Of a DNA stretch of 64,000 nt, positions 1 through 11,984 are shown in pieces. How positions within the stretch are numbered: the stretch's first letter is position 1; each line of letters opens with the position of its first letter. Source of the DNA: Dudresnaya verticillata (taxonomy: Eukaryota); contig OZ374566.1 in NCBI GenBank assembly GCA_977862235.1, positions 1 through 64,000 of the forward strand. The letters run 5' to 3'. The notes below the pieces were generated by a model. The model was not told the DNA's origin. It worked only from the letters and a program-made list of their open reading frames with translations, and made no database searches. Position numbers and translations under genes: made by a program.

Positions 1-850
1 AACCCCTAAAACCCTAAACCCCTAAACCCCTAAACCCCTAAACCCCTAAACCCCTAAACCCCTAAACCCCTAAACCCCTAAACCCCTAAACCCCTAAACC
101 CCTAAACCCCTAAACCCCTAAACCCCTAAACCCCTAAACCCCTAAACCCCTAAACCCCTAAACCCCTAAACCCCTAAACCCCTAAACCCCTAAACCCCTA
201 AACCCCTAAACCCCTAAAACCCCTAAAACCCCTAAACCCCTAAACCCCTAAACCCCTAAACCCCTAAACCCCTAAACCCCTAAACCCCTAAACCCCTAAA
301 CCCCTAAACCCCTAAACCCCTAAACCCCTAAACCCCTAAACCCCTAAACCCCTAAACCCCTAAACCCCTAAACCCCTAAACCCCTAAACCCCTAAACCCC
401 TAAACCCCTAAAACCCCTAAACCCCTAAACCCCTAAAAAACCCCTAAAACCCCTAAACCCCTAAACCCCTAAACCCCTAAAAACCCCTAAAACCCCTAAA
501 CCCCTAAACCCCTAAACCCCTAAACCCCTAAACCCCTAAACCCCTAAACCCCTAAACCCCTAAAACCCCTAAACCCTAAAACCCCTAAAACCCCTAAACC
601 CCTAAACCCCTAAAACCCCTAAACCCCTAAACCCCTAAAACCCCTAAACCCCTAAAACCCCTAAACCCCTAAACCCCTAAACCCCTAAACCCCTAAACCC
701 CTAAACCCCTAAACCCCTAAACCCCTAACCCCTAAACCCCTAAACCCCTAAACCCCTAAACCCCTAAAACCCCTAAACCCCTAAACCCCTAAACCCCTAA
801 ACCCCTAAACCCCTAAACCCCTAAAACCCCTAAACCCCTAAACCCCTAAA
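1..850 (+). repeat. Telomeric array (CCCCTAAA)n, i.e. TTTAGGGG on the G-strand
   Basis: Continuous 8-mer repeat from base 1 to 850 with occasional extra or missing A or C. C-rich strand at the 5' end, as expected for a left chromosome end. Confidence 0.97.
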
Positions 851-1474
851 TCTTTGCTAGTAAAGGACTTCCTTCCTCAGTGTTGTCGCTGGTGTTTCGA
901 TACCCAGACAATGGATGCCTTACTGACTCGTTGTATGCCCACACGTGGTTGCCTGCAAACCTGCGGGTGGTAGAGTTAGCATTCACCACACTTGTTTCCT
1001 TCCCTGGACTTGTTGCGCATTACATGTCTACAAGTACGGAACTGAATGTGCTGAATGCTTCGTACGGTTGTCGGTCTAACGGTACATGCGGGACGGTGCC
1101 ACGCGCCCCGTTGCATTGTGTGCGCCCAACCCAATGACACACTCCCCACAGAGTTTGTTTCCGGTAGGCTTACAGGTTTATTTGCGCGCGCGCGCGCTTT
1201 TCCCGCTCTCGATTTTGTATTTCGTATTTTGGACCGCATGGATGTAGCATGCGTGCGCACGCAAATCGATATCAGCACTGCGTGCTCGACACGCGCACTG
1301 CGCCTGCTGTGTTGGTTGGCCGAAAGCAGCACGGCACCGTGTGCGCTCCGTTCCTCACAGTGTCTATTCGCCGTTAAGCATGAAGTCGGCCCTCACGGGG
1401 TCAGGAAGGCCGTTATTAAGCATGGAGTCGAAACGAATCGGCCAATGGTGGCCTATGCAGATACCCCCTCACAG

Positions 1475-1659
1475 TAGTTCGTATTGCGCGACTCGGTCCT
1501 TAACGGAATGTTGATTTGTAATTAATCTGGGCGTTTCGTCTCCATGCTTAACCCCGGATTACATATAGTTCGTATTCCGCGACTCGGTCCTTAACGGAAT
1601 GTTGATTTGTCATTAATCTGGGCGTTTCGTCTCCATGCTTAACCCCGGACTACATATAG
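1475..1659. repeat. Tandem duplication, 2 x 91 bp
   Basis: TAGTTCGTATT...CCCCGGA(T/C)TACATA starts at 1475 and again at 1566 with few substitutions. Confidence 0.9.
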
Positions 1660-1730
1660 CGCCTGTCTACGGTTCACACTGCGCACGACCAAGTGAGGAC
1701 TTGCGATGTTCGCTTCTCGGTCGAGTCGGG

Positions 1731-1983
1731 ATACCTTCTCGTCCAAATCAGCTCATTCGGTAAGAAAAGTTACCCTGGGATAACTTTTCGTCCAAATCAG
1801 CTCATTCCGTAAGAAGAGTTACCCTGGGATAACTTTTCGTCCAAATCAGCCCATTCCGTAAGAGAAGTTACCTTTTCGCCCAAATCAGCCCATTCCGTAA
1901 GAAAAGTCACTCTGGGATAACTTATCGCCCAAATCAGCCCATTCCGTAAGAAAAGTTACCCGGGATAACTTTTCGCCGAAATC
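1731..1983. repeat. 49-bp tandem array, about 5 units, with an internal imperfect palindrome
   Basis: Unit TTTTCGTCCAAATCAGCTCATTCCGTAAGAAAAGTTACCCTGGGATAAC; GTCCAAATCAG at 1741 and 1790. One unit is shortened. Confidence 0.9.
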
Positions 1984-2696
1984 GAACCTGCAAAAGCAGA
2001 AGGACACGTGGCGGGAAGTCGATGGTCCGCTAGGACACGTGTCAGTCTCTCATTGGTACAATACTGAGATGCTTTCCCGTCTTCCACTTGGCACCTCTTA
2101 ATTGGCCCACTTGGTACACCTTGCCAGGTGGCGTACCCCAGACGAAGTACAGCCTGTCTCTGCTAGACCAGCTAGTACCCTTGCTGTCGACTCTTAATTC
2201 GTGCCGAGGGCGCACCAATGGCTGTCTTTCAAAGTGATCAGGCACGGATTTGGGGTTGATTTTTAAAAATATATATTACCTGGTGACCCCATTCACAGCG
2301 CTTTGCGCTCAAAATGTGTCCTTGATTTGCATACAATTCGTGGGCTGATTTCTTTCACAAAACATGTTTTGATTCGCCTTGAGCAGTGGCCGCGAGCAAA
2401 AATACTGTATTTCTTATCATACTTGGTCCCAAACACGTTTTGGTCTCTATCTCCTTAACGAAAACAGACTTCAGAATCGCTCTATCTGTACTGGTTCGGT
2501 GGGAATCCGAAAACATGCAAAATCAGTACAGTGGAGAAGGGTTTCCCAGATGGTACTGTACAGAGCTCAGTTCGCCCGCGCCCCGTTAACCTGCGAAATC
2601 AGCCCCCATTGAAAGGTATCCAGTACATTTTTACCCAACTGCATATCAGTTCGTGTTTGCTACTCACGGTCAAGGAATTCGGATCGTTACAGAACA

Positions 2697-4928
2697 TCAT
2701 CCGAAGATGCCCACATCTCTACGTTGGTCACTTCCCTCGTCTTCATTCTCAGAATCAACTATCCCATCACTGGTGTCCATTACTTTCATCATCTCTTGAG
2801 CAATACTCTCAAAGTCGGAGCGGTCAATGGCAATATAGGTTGTGCGCAGTTGCTCTATGGAAGTGTTCATATATTTTCCCACCATGCTGAGGAATTCCTC
2901 CTCGCTGAGATGCGTGAACACCTTCTTATCGCGATATGCCTGCAGGGTCATAGTCGCGAAGCTGCTGCGCAGATTTGTAGTGGTTATTTTCTTCATATCC
3001 GGGCGCTTATCCGCTAGGAATCTCTTGACAGTGTTCGTAATCTGTGACGGATGCAGTGACTCGCCACTCGTGGTGTGAATCAACAAGGGCATATCACTCG
3101 GGGTCTCCTCCGTCTCCGTGGCGCTGATGACAACGTCACGCATCACTTCAGTGTGAAACTTCACGAAAGGCAGAACAAAACTCGGAACGAGGACATTAGG
3201 CATGTCCAGGGTCCTTCGCGTCTTCTCTTTCTTGGTCCTCATTTCGAAGAATTTCACCCTGTCCACGCTGTCCTTCATCTCTTGGAGCTCGTCACTAGAT
3301 GGAGTCTGCAGCTTGCAGTACACCTGCGGACGCTGTCCCGCCGCCGACATGATAAGAAGAATGGTGAGATTGATGAACCATTTCTTCACAACTCTCACAT
3401 CCTTGAGCTTGTGAATAGCATGAGTTCTATTGTGGGTCGCACACGTTTGGCGGTAATATTGCATGATACCCTTCAGCTCAAGGGAAGCCATGTCCACACA
3501 TTCCTTAAAATCTCTGGGGAAAAACACTACCCCCTCCATAATCCGTTGCGACATGCTTTTGCGCCTCGTAGCCTCGGACCTGCCGATGCTTTTGCTGTCC
3601 GCGAAGACCTTCGAGAAAGTAAACCGAGCCCGTTCCGCCTCGTGGTAGCGTGTTGTATCAATCCCTCCAAAACGTCTCTTCGCGTACTCCGCTATCTTGC
3701 GAAGCTGTCCAGCCTTAGTCATTACTGTAGTTGCAGCGCCCCTAGAGGAATAATGGTTCAGCAGCAATGTGCCCGTCTCGATGTCGCAGATCGCAGAAAA
3801 TAGCATCCCCCTCTTGTGAAGCTGAGAAACTGGGGACAGGCCACGCACAACTCTCAGGCGCATGAACTGCCCAGCCACAGTGGTTAGCTGTACGAAACTG
3901 GCATTGGAACCATTTTGAACCTTGGATGCATACTCAGTGACAAAGATCTCTTGCAGATCTGCATTGTTGAGCTGGGTCAAGGGAAGGCCGGCATATCCCT
4001 TCTTACCTTTGGAGCAAGGGGTTTCATCTGCTAGAGTGGCTTCCTCTGAAGTGAAGAAATCTGGCTTGCTGGCCTTCAGGATGCGAAGGTCCCGTAGCCA
4101 GTTGCTTCGAATGTTGGCATGGTCGCGGTCTTCAGCAGAAAGGAAGCCCTTCTTGCGAGCAGATGAAGGACGCGAGACTCCCAACGACGCGTTTCGACGG
4201 GTCGCGTTGGGACAAAGCCTAGTGGTCTTCCGCGACATCAATACAGAATCAATCCTCTGCGAAACACCAGCATAGTCAAACGGCTGCAAGTCGAATACAA
4301 CGTCTTCCTCATCTTCGTTGTCAGCAGCCTCCATCGCACCGCCCATCTCGTATCTGTTAGGTGTGACCGGCACGTCGACATCTACGTCCTCTTCGTCCTC
4401 ACCTTCCGCTTCTTCCTCTTCGTCCTCCTCGTCCTCTTCGTCCTCTTCGTCCTCTTCTTCCTCTTCCTCTTCTTCGTCGGAGAAGAGCAGCTCGTCGTTA
4501 ACTTGTTCCAATGACTGAGAGTCTTCACTGCGATCCTCATCTGTCTCTCTCTTCTCATCCTCATCAGTCCTTCTCCTGAGAACGTGCTGCGAGCGATATG
4601 GAATTGAATTGTCGTCGTCGTCGTCGTCGACGACGAAGTCATTGAGAAAATCACTCGGTTGGCTCCCCTTCCCACGCGCCACCTCCTCATCAATTTCGGC
4701 ATCCGACAGTTCAGCAATTACCCCAGCAGAACTGGGCGGGTCAGCCTGGGTCGGTCGCAGCCTTTTGGTGTCGGATTCCGGACGACTGCGAACTGTTCGA
4801 GCATTCTGTATCTTGCGGGCCTTCGGTAGACGCCCATCATGGAGCGGTTTGTGCGTCTTCCGCACCAGAGCTCTGCGCTTCGTCCCACGCTTGGCCTCAC
4901 GCACTTGCTTTCTTACACTCCTCGTCAT
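2697..4928 (-). CDS. Tyrosine recombinase/integrase-like protein with a basic and long acidic N-terminus; uninterrupted ORF
   Basis: 757-aa ORF (frame open to 4970; first ATG at 4928). C-terminal motifs appear in YR order: AGQRPQ (Arg), KEKTRR (Lys), TTNLRSSFAT (HxxR box with H replaced), YMNTSIEQLRTTY (H/W box replaced, Tyr nucleophile). Confidence 0.75.
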   Translation of the reverse strand: MTRSVRKQVREAKRGTKRRALVRKTHKPLHDGRLPKARKIQNARTVRSRPESDTKRLRPTQADPPSSAGVIAELSDAEIDEEVARGKGSQPSDFLNDFVVDDDDDDNSIPYRSQHVLRRRTDEDEKRETDEDRSEDSQSLEQVNDELLFSDEEEEEEEEDEEDEEDEEDEEEEAEGEDEEDVDVDVPVTPNRYEMGGAMEAADNEDEEDVVFDLQPFDYAGVSQRIDSVLMSRKTTRLCPNATRRNASLGVSRPSSARKKGFLSAEDRDHANIRSNWLRDLRILKASKPDFFTSEEATLADETPCSKGKKGYAGLPLTQLNNADLQEIFVTEYASKVQNGSNASFVQLTTVAGQFMRLRVVRGLSPVSQLHKRGMLFSAICDIETGTLLLNHYSSRGAATTVMTKAGQLRKIAEYAKRRFGGIDTTRYHEAERARFTFSKVFADSKSIGRSEATRRKSMSQRIMEGVVFFPRDFKECVDMASLELKGIMQYYRQTCATHNRTHAIHKLKDVRVVKKWFINLTILLIMSAAGQRPQVYCKLQTPSSDELQEMKDSVDRVKFFEMRTKKEKTRRTLDMPNVLVPSFVLPFVKFHTEVMRDVVISATETEETPSDMPLLIHTTSGESLHPSQITNTVKRFLADKRPDMKKITTTNLRSSFATMTLQAYRDKKVFTHLSEEEFLSMVGKYMNTSIEQLRTTYIAIDRSDFESIAQEMMKVMDTSDGIVDSENEDEGSDQRRDVGIFG

Positions 4929-5749
4929 GTTGATCCCGGAGATCGGGGGTATGGGAAAGACAGGGAACACAGTTGGTCGAGCGAGGGACTAGGGGCAGCT
5001 ACAAAACGTCTTCTTTAAGCGGGAGCACTTGGCCAGGGAACAGTTGAGGGCGGGAAGCGAAAGAGATGCACGGCGGCAGAGAGCCGAGTAGTGGCGCTTG
5101 CAAAGGAGCTCGAGGGCGGTGGTAGGGTGAAGTAGCGGCGCGCAGCGGAACGAATACGTACAGGAGCGCGGCGGTGGTGGATTATCACGGACGGAGGAAC
5201 GCAATCATAAGAGCGGGACGGCAGTGGCGGAACGCGGGGCAGAGCAAACGCGCAGAGAGCAGGATATCGTGGGGACTGAGCTGTCGCTTTGGGTAGGGTT
5301 GGGGCAGAGGTGGTCATTGGGAGCGACGACAATACCGCCGTCGGCGAGAATATCTACGAAAATTGTCGGATCCAAATCTGATCCAATGCGGCGACGACGG
5401 CGAGGGAAAGAAATTACCCTACATGCAATTGCCGAATTACCCTAGATGACATTTCCTAATTCCCCGGAAATAAACGGGAGCTGTAATTCAGAGCACGCTT
5501 GTTGATGGGCGAGCAGCAGTGCTGTAATGCAGTAGGTACAGTTGCACAGTAGTAACTCGCACGATTGTGGGACTGCAGCGCTCACATATGAGCTAAACCT
5601 ATTGTCAGTTAGGCCATTAAACCTCTATCTTTCCTGCAAATTATAAACTTGTTAATGGCGGTCAACCCGCTCATGAGCTTTACCGAAACGTATTTGAGCC
5701 CGGTGACTGGTAATGTCCCCGTCTGCTAGCCTCAATGGAACTACAATAA

Positions 5750-6480
5750 GGTGCGGAATAATCCTGTCATCCACTGAACCCGGTGGCTTTTATACACGGT
5801 GACCGCGAAAATCAGTGATACTTAAGTGCAATGACGGATGCGCTAAGCTCAGTCGCATTTAAAAGCGGTGATGGTTAAACCCAGTGGCGCTTAAATGGAA
5901 TGACTTCTTAAACTCCAGACTTCCTAAAGCCAGTAGAACTTAAATGCTTAAATACCGGGAGGGTTAATCCCCTCATAAATTTCAACCAGTTGCACTTAAA
6001 TACCGCTTCTATTAATCTCCCCATGCAGAAAACGCAGTGGAACGTAAATACCGTTACTGTTAGACTCCCATTCCTTAAATCCAGTGGTAGTTAAGTACCG
6101 TCACAGTTAATCCCTTCATGCGTTAAACCCATTGGTAATTATATACCGTGATTGTTAATCCCATCATGCGCTAAACCCATCGATAATTATATATGGAGAC
6201 CGTTACTCCCTTCATGTGCTAAACCCAATTGGTAAATCTATAGGGGGACTGTTAACCCCTTCCTGTGCCAAACCAAATGGTAATTACATACAGTCAATGT
6301 TAATCCCAACACTGTTAATTCCTCCATGCGCTAAACCCATGGGTTGTTATATTTGGTCACATTTAATCCTTTCATACGGTAAACCCATTCGTAACTACAT
6401 ACGGTCACTGCTAAACCCTTCATGCGCTAAACCCAGTGGTAATTATATATGCTGACTGTTAAACCCATACTCCATTAAAT
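5750..6480. repeat. Degenerate AT-rich tandem array, period about 47-48 bp
   Basis: Recurrent unit resembling GTTAATCCCTTCATGCGCTAAACCCATTGGTAATTATATACCGTGACT; clearest at 6050-6470, decaying leftwards. Confidence 0.75.
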
Positions 6481-6571
6481 ACAACTCTTGCTAGATTTCA
6501 TCTCAGCTACTCCCATAACCCGTTAAACCTAGTACCTACGCATCTATCTACCTTACTCCCCAGCTTCCACT

Positions 6572-6746
6572 TAAACCGTAGCTCCCTTACATACAAACAA
6601 TCCTTGCTCCCAAACTACCTAATCCGTTACTATATAATATAGAAGTATACTAAACCCCTAAACCGTAGCCCCCTTACATACAAACCATCCTTGCTCCCAA
6701 ACTACCTAATCCGTTACTATATAATATAGAAGTATAACCCCTAAAC
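6572..6746. repeat. 2 x 87-bp duplication, each copy ending in a telomere-motif seed
   Basis: TAAACCGTAGC...TATAATATAGAAGTATA at 6572 and 6659; TAAACCCCTAAACC at 6651-6664 and AACCCCTAAAC at 6736-6746. Confidence 0.85.
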
Positions 6747-6775
6747 ACACAACCGCGCTGCTACATTTCGCAGAC

Positions 6776-8716
6776 ATGACCGCGGCGAGAATGGATCTAT
6801 CTAACTCTGTGCCTTCAGGTCTTACTGTGCCTCAAAAGTACAGCTTGAAAGTGCCCGCTCTGTCGAACTCGCCAACTTTGACAGCTGCAGTGGTTACCAT
6901 AATCGCTGTAATCACAGCTCAAGAGAGATATGATATCAGGACTGAGCAGAGCTATTTGATGGAACATACCGCCGATATCGCTGCAGCTCTTGGAAAGGTT
7001 CTGCAAGAGAAAGTGAATGCTACCCTTAATCCACAGGACAAAGTAACGCTTGATCTGTCTCTAGTTCTTACGGGCAGTGGATACCGTAGACCAGTCTTCA
7101 CACGAGTTGCGGGAAGAAGTGAACGGAATGGCGATGCCAATGCCGGCGTGGCAGCCAGATACACCCATGTTTCCCAGCTCGATGCACTCCGTTCCGATAA
7201 TGACGAAGGAAATGCCATAGGCATTCCTGCTCATCAAGTATCTGTATTGCATGCAAGCAGACCTGCAGGAGATCACCATGGAGGTTTCATTGATGAAGTT
7301 GTAGTGGATGAGGGCGATGGTAGCGCGACTCCGACGGGAAATAATGCAAAGAGACTTCGAAGAGATAAGCAGATACCGGAATCTAACTCTTTTATCCTCT
7401 CCTCGGTAAGTCGTGTGGATGGAAACAGTCTTTAAATTGCGGCACTGGAGCCCGAGAGAAACCGAGCTGGGACCACTGCTGAGAGCGCTACTCGTCGCGA
7501 CCATAGTATCAACGCTGAGGCAGCATACTGGGACAATTTGGGAACGTTCAGGCTGAAGAGGTACCCCACCAGGCGAGTCACAGCGAGCAGAGGCCGCAGT
7601 GGTCCCAATACGTTCCGTTCGTACCACGCGATGGAGGAGGAGGCAGCATCTCTAGACGAAATGGTTGCGCTGCCAGACGTCTTTATTGTCAATTCATCCA
7701 TTCGACCTGCACTGCGAAGCAGACGCTGTGCCGTGCTTGGAATTAGGGAGGAGTCCCCAACTTTGGACTTTCTGACGAAGGAAGACGTCACGCAAATCAC
7801 AAAGAGCATAGAGATGTCTGCCGCGACTGCATTCAGATTGCAGTTTGATTCTTCAGCAAACGAGGCAGCATTGCGGCATCAGGCCGTTGGCCATCTGCAA
7901 CAGATGGCTGATGCGCTCTATACCAAGGGCTACGCTGTGGACCGCAGTTCTTTAACGAGAGGTTCAGATGTTGAACAAGTTGCAAGAATTGACCGCATTA
8001 TCAATTATATGGTCCCGCTGCAGGACATGAGAGAAGACACATTTTGGCACGTCATCTGCACAGACCCCAATCCGAGCCTCGCTGAAATCAAGAAGGACTT
8101 TGCGAGAAAGCCCGATGAAATGGGTGCCTTAATGCGGTGGCAGACCACAACTAAGAACTTTTCGGACATGTTGTATGAAAAGGAGCACGACGCGCCCTGC
8201 GGTGATGCGAGAAGCGAAGGTGGGGTGTTTAGGGACAAAAGCATGATCGAGGCATATCTGGCAAGGTACGTGGAGTTGCCTGGGCTTCAAGATAACACAA
8301 CGCCCATGTATATGCCTCTCCGTGGGTTGCAGCTCATATTTACAGGTCAAGAAAGCGCAAGGAAAACACCGCATTCGGACTATATGGTGCCACAACCGGG
8401 GTGGCACCCATCTGGAATTGCGATGCTCGATGCCGGAGAGCCCCCGGCTCTGGTCAACCTCACGGTAATGTTCAGCGGAGAGCAACCTTTTGCGATTCGG
8501 GTTTGGCCATATGCCCACATTCGGCAGGCAACAAGAAACGCGGAGGAGAGGAAGAAGATATTGGAGACGACGCCGTCTTGTCTGGTAACGGTCCTTTCGT
8601 ACAGTATATTGCTCTTACGCGGAGATATTATTCACGCTGGTTGCAGCGGGGTTGAGATGAAGGTCGCGTTTGGTACTGATGGTCTGCGTCCGTACCAGGG
8701 TTGTGCGGGCATTTAA
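6776..8716 (+). pseudogene. Protein with a C-terminal 2OG-Fe(II) dioxygenase-like (HxD...H) domain; in-frame stop or intron near 7433; 3' end overlapped by a hAT insertion
   Basis: ORFs 6776-7435 and 7538-8716 are in the same frame. Motifs TPHSDY (8372-8380) and LLLRGDIIHAG (His at 8633). A possible GTAAGT donor lies at 7406. hAT-type repeats start at about 8696. Confidence 0.6.
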
Positions 8717-9206
8717 TACCATAGGAATTAATGACCCCCGGGCATGGGGTCAGGGCAAGGGCATTAGGCATGCCCTTACCCGTAGGGCATCAAGTTTCGT
8801 AAAGCACGCCAAGGACTAATGTACCCTTGACCGTGTTTTTTGTGCTCGGGTTAACGTACCCATACCCGCATGCCCGTACGTTTTGTGAGCAAGAAGATAC
8901 CCCTGCCCGTGCATTAATTTAAAAAGCCTTTAGTTCAACTGACCCATGGCCGCTTGCCCTGGGGTGCTAGTTGGCGGGCCATGCACCGATGACCGCATGC
9001 CCGCCTCGTTCCGAATTTCGGCAAATGCCTGAACGGGCATGCATGACCGTCCAAGATGCCCGTCTGACATGCCGGCGCCAAAATGCCCGGAAAACCGAAA
9101 CATCTCAGTTCTACAAGTTCTTTCGCGCCAAATGTAACCCAGTAAATAACCTAAATGGGCTGTGCTGTGCGACACCTTGTTCCTCCATACCACCGCACAA
9201 AAAAAG

Positions 9207-11574
9207 ATGGACACTTCGAACGGGCCTCCCGTCGAGGCTGCTCTGCCGCCTGCGCGAGGCCCCACACCACGCGGAGAGTCAGCAGAAGCTGCAATTCCTC
9301 TAACCGAACGCATTGTTGACGCCGCGAAATTTCTGTCAAGTTCGGCTCTTGTACCGCCAATCGCAGCAATGGAAGTGCAACAATCAGAGCAAGTCGAGGC
9401 CAACCATCCAGAAGCTACATCTACGTTTAGCGTCTCCGATTCCCTCACTCGCCGCAAAATGTACAAGCTCAAAGGACGTTCAGCCGCATTCTGGTCGTTC
9501 TACATCTCCAAACCTGGCAACGTTTTTTCCTGTGTAATTTGCAAACCTTCGGAGAATGGTGCGTCCAATAAGGATAAGCGTCTGAAAAAGGGTCTCGTTG
9601 TATACAGCAGCAGTACAGGCACGACTTCTCTTAAATGGCATGTTACTCAAAACCATGCAAAAGAATTTGAGAGCCTGAAGGAGAGGATAGAGGAGATGCA
9701 GGAAGAAGAAAGTGCACGCAGACGAGGTAAGAAGAGAAAGAAGCCTACTGAGAACTTATTCAACTCTCATCAGAAATATGGAGAATATTCAGTTGTCCAG
9801 AAACGTCACGAAAAATATTTGCTTTTACTTATTGCAAAAGCAGCATTGCCACTTTCTATTGTGGAGAATGTATACCTCAAGCGGTATGTGCATGGGATTA
9901 ATCCGAGGTTAAAAGTACCCAACCGCAGCATACTCACTGATAAGATAATTACCAAGTTTATTGAGGAATGGAACAATGACTTTGTATCACCCAAGCTTAC
10001 CAGGATGGAATCAGTCACCATAACATTTGACCTTTGGATGAGTCGTGGATGTGAGGACATATTTGACCTCGTGGCCCACGGCATTGACGATAAGTTCAAG
10101 CAACATCAGGTACATCTTCGAATGGTGCAATGTAAGTCAATTACCGGCAACGATCTCGCTGAAATCCTCAAAGATGAGCTTACTAACCGAGGGATCCTGG
10201 ATAAGGTTGCATGCTGTGTCAAAGACGGCGGTTCCAACCTCAGGGCATGCACTAACGCGTTAAGGCAAATAGTGGCTTGTAGTCCACTAGGTCTTCAGGA
10301 ATGTTTTGATGGACCTTGCTTTGCACACATTCTAAGTGGTGCGTGCAATAGTTCTCTAGGTGATGTTTCATGTCATGGTTTGCAGCTTGTGTCCATCAAG
10401 AAAACCAAAGCAGCTCTTCAGAAGTGTATCACGTGGACAAAGAAGAGTGCGAAGGGAAGAGATGCTTGGTATGCCTCATGCCGCGAAAAATCAAAGAAAG
10501 AACGCGTTGTTCCGACTCCTGTGAAGAAGCCAGGAGAAGATTGAATTGAGGCAAAGGATACCCTCCACGAAGACATGGGAGACGACAAAAGCGACTGTTG
10601 AGGTACTAACCCCTGTAATGAAGGCATGTATCTTAAGTCAGAAGCGGTTTGGATGGCTCCTGAGTGATGCAGTGGCATCATTTTGCAACCTTTTCGTAAG
10701 CTGTACAAGAATGTGTGAAGAAACTTCAGCGGTTGATCAAGAAAGACTTCAAGGCATGAGCGCTTTTGGAATTGAGCTTTTACATCTGAGACATAACATC
10801 TCACGATCCATTATCCTCGGACTAAGGCCTGTCTTGGAACCATTGTTGTCCTTCCGTGCCTTGAACGGGAAATACGTCCACCACTACCTAAGCCTGGTGC
10901 TAGACCCTGAATACAAGTCTCTGCGATCTCCATTTATGAAGCTTTACCCCGGTCCGAAAGCAGATCAAGGTCGGCAGCTGGCTAAGAAATATGATTCAGA
11001 AGTTTTGGTACCGCTGCTCATAGGTTTGCAGAAAGCTAAGTCTCGTCCTGGGCGAAATGCACAAGACGAAATTTCTCGAGTCACCAAAGCTCAATCCTTG
11101 TCTCAGCAGAGCCTTATTAATGAGGCTCTATCGGACAGTGAGGAAGAATGCTTCATTCTGGATGAGGAGCCCTCAAAGGAGTTTGTAGTCAAGGTGCGGA
11201 TGGAAGAAGAGCTTTCAAGATTCAGAAAAAGGCCCTTTTCGCGTGTCCTGGATAATAAGTTGGAGTGGCTTGCAAAAAATCAGGAAAGCTTTCCTAACGT
11301 GGCATTACTGGCGAAGCACATTTTGGCGATACCTGCAACACAGATTGAGAATGAAGGAGTGTTTAGTTTTGCAGGACGTATTGCATCTCCGCTGCGAAAC
11401 CGTTTGAAAACAGACAATATTGACAATCTGGTGAGCATTGCACGACATTTTCCACATGAAGGTAGTTGGAGCGAACAAGAACGCAAGGCCCCGGTCGATC
11501 TTCTGGAATTTAGTGACTTTCTTCTGGAGCAAGAAGTGGCTAACGAAAAGGGCACCGATTCGGATTCTTCCTAG
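9207..11574 (+). pseudogene. hAT transposase (BED zinc finger, DDE, C-terminal dimerisation domain), broken near 10544
   Basis: FWSFY..CVIC..TTSLKWHVTQNH (BED), TFDLW, KDGGSN, CFAHIL (CxxH), FPNVALLAKHILAIPATQIENEGVFS. Stop and frameshift occur where the TRW/TRF motif is expected. Confidence 0.9.
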
Positions 11575-11984
11575 GTGGGTGTAACGGGTTGTTTGAGTCA
11601 AGTTATGAGTACACAATTTCAACTCACTAAACATGCTGTATAGCTGGTTTGGAGTTACGTCACATGCCTTAATCGCAGAGTTGTTTATGTCCATCTTTAT
11701 CCTTCAGCAAAAAATATGGTTCTAAACTGCTTTGCCACCAGTACACCCCCATTCGCAATGTTCTCCGTCCTGCCGATTGGACATTGTTTAGCATTACACA
11801 ATGAGTGACGCCTCGATTCTAATTCTCCTCGACGGACAAGCCACGAAAGATATTCAACACTGCCAGGGTGCTGCAAATATAGCTCCAAGTGAAACTTGAG
11901 GGGATCATCGAAAAAGAACCAGACCCCAAACGACAGACCGTTGCTTGTACTGACTCTGAATAGATTTTAGCGTACCAAGGCTTG

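Noticed and set aside
880..2612. Short ORFs adjacent to the telomere
   Set aside because: They are short, overlapping and show no recognisable motifs.
4385..4480. (TCC/TCT/TCG)n microsatellite
   Set aside because: It is explained by the poly-Glu/Asp tract of the recombinase ORF.
2697..4970. Calling the recombinase a protelomerase (telomere resolvase)
   Set aside because: The chromosome ends in a telomerase-type repeat, not a hairpin, and I see no resolvase-specific motifs. The perfect palindromes are 36-50 kb away.
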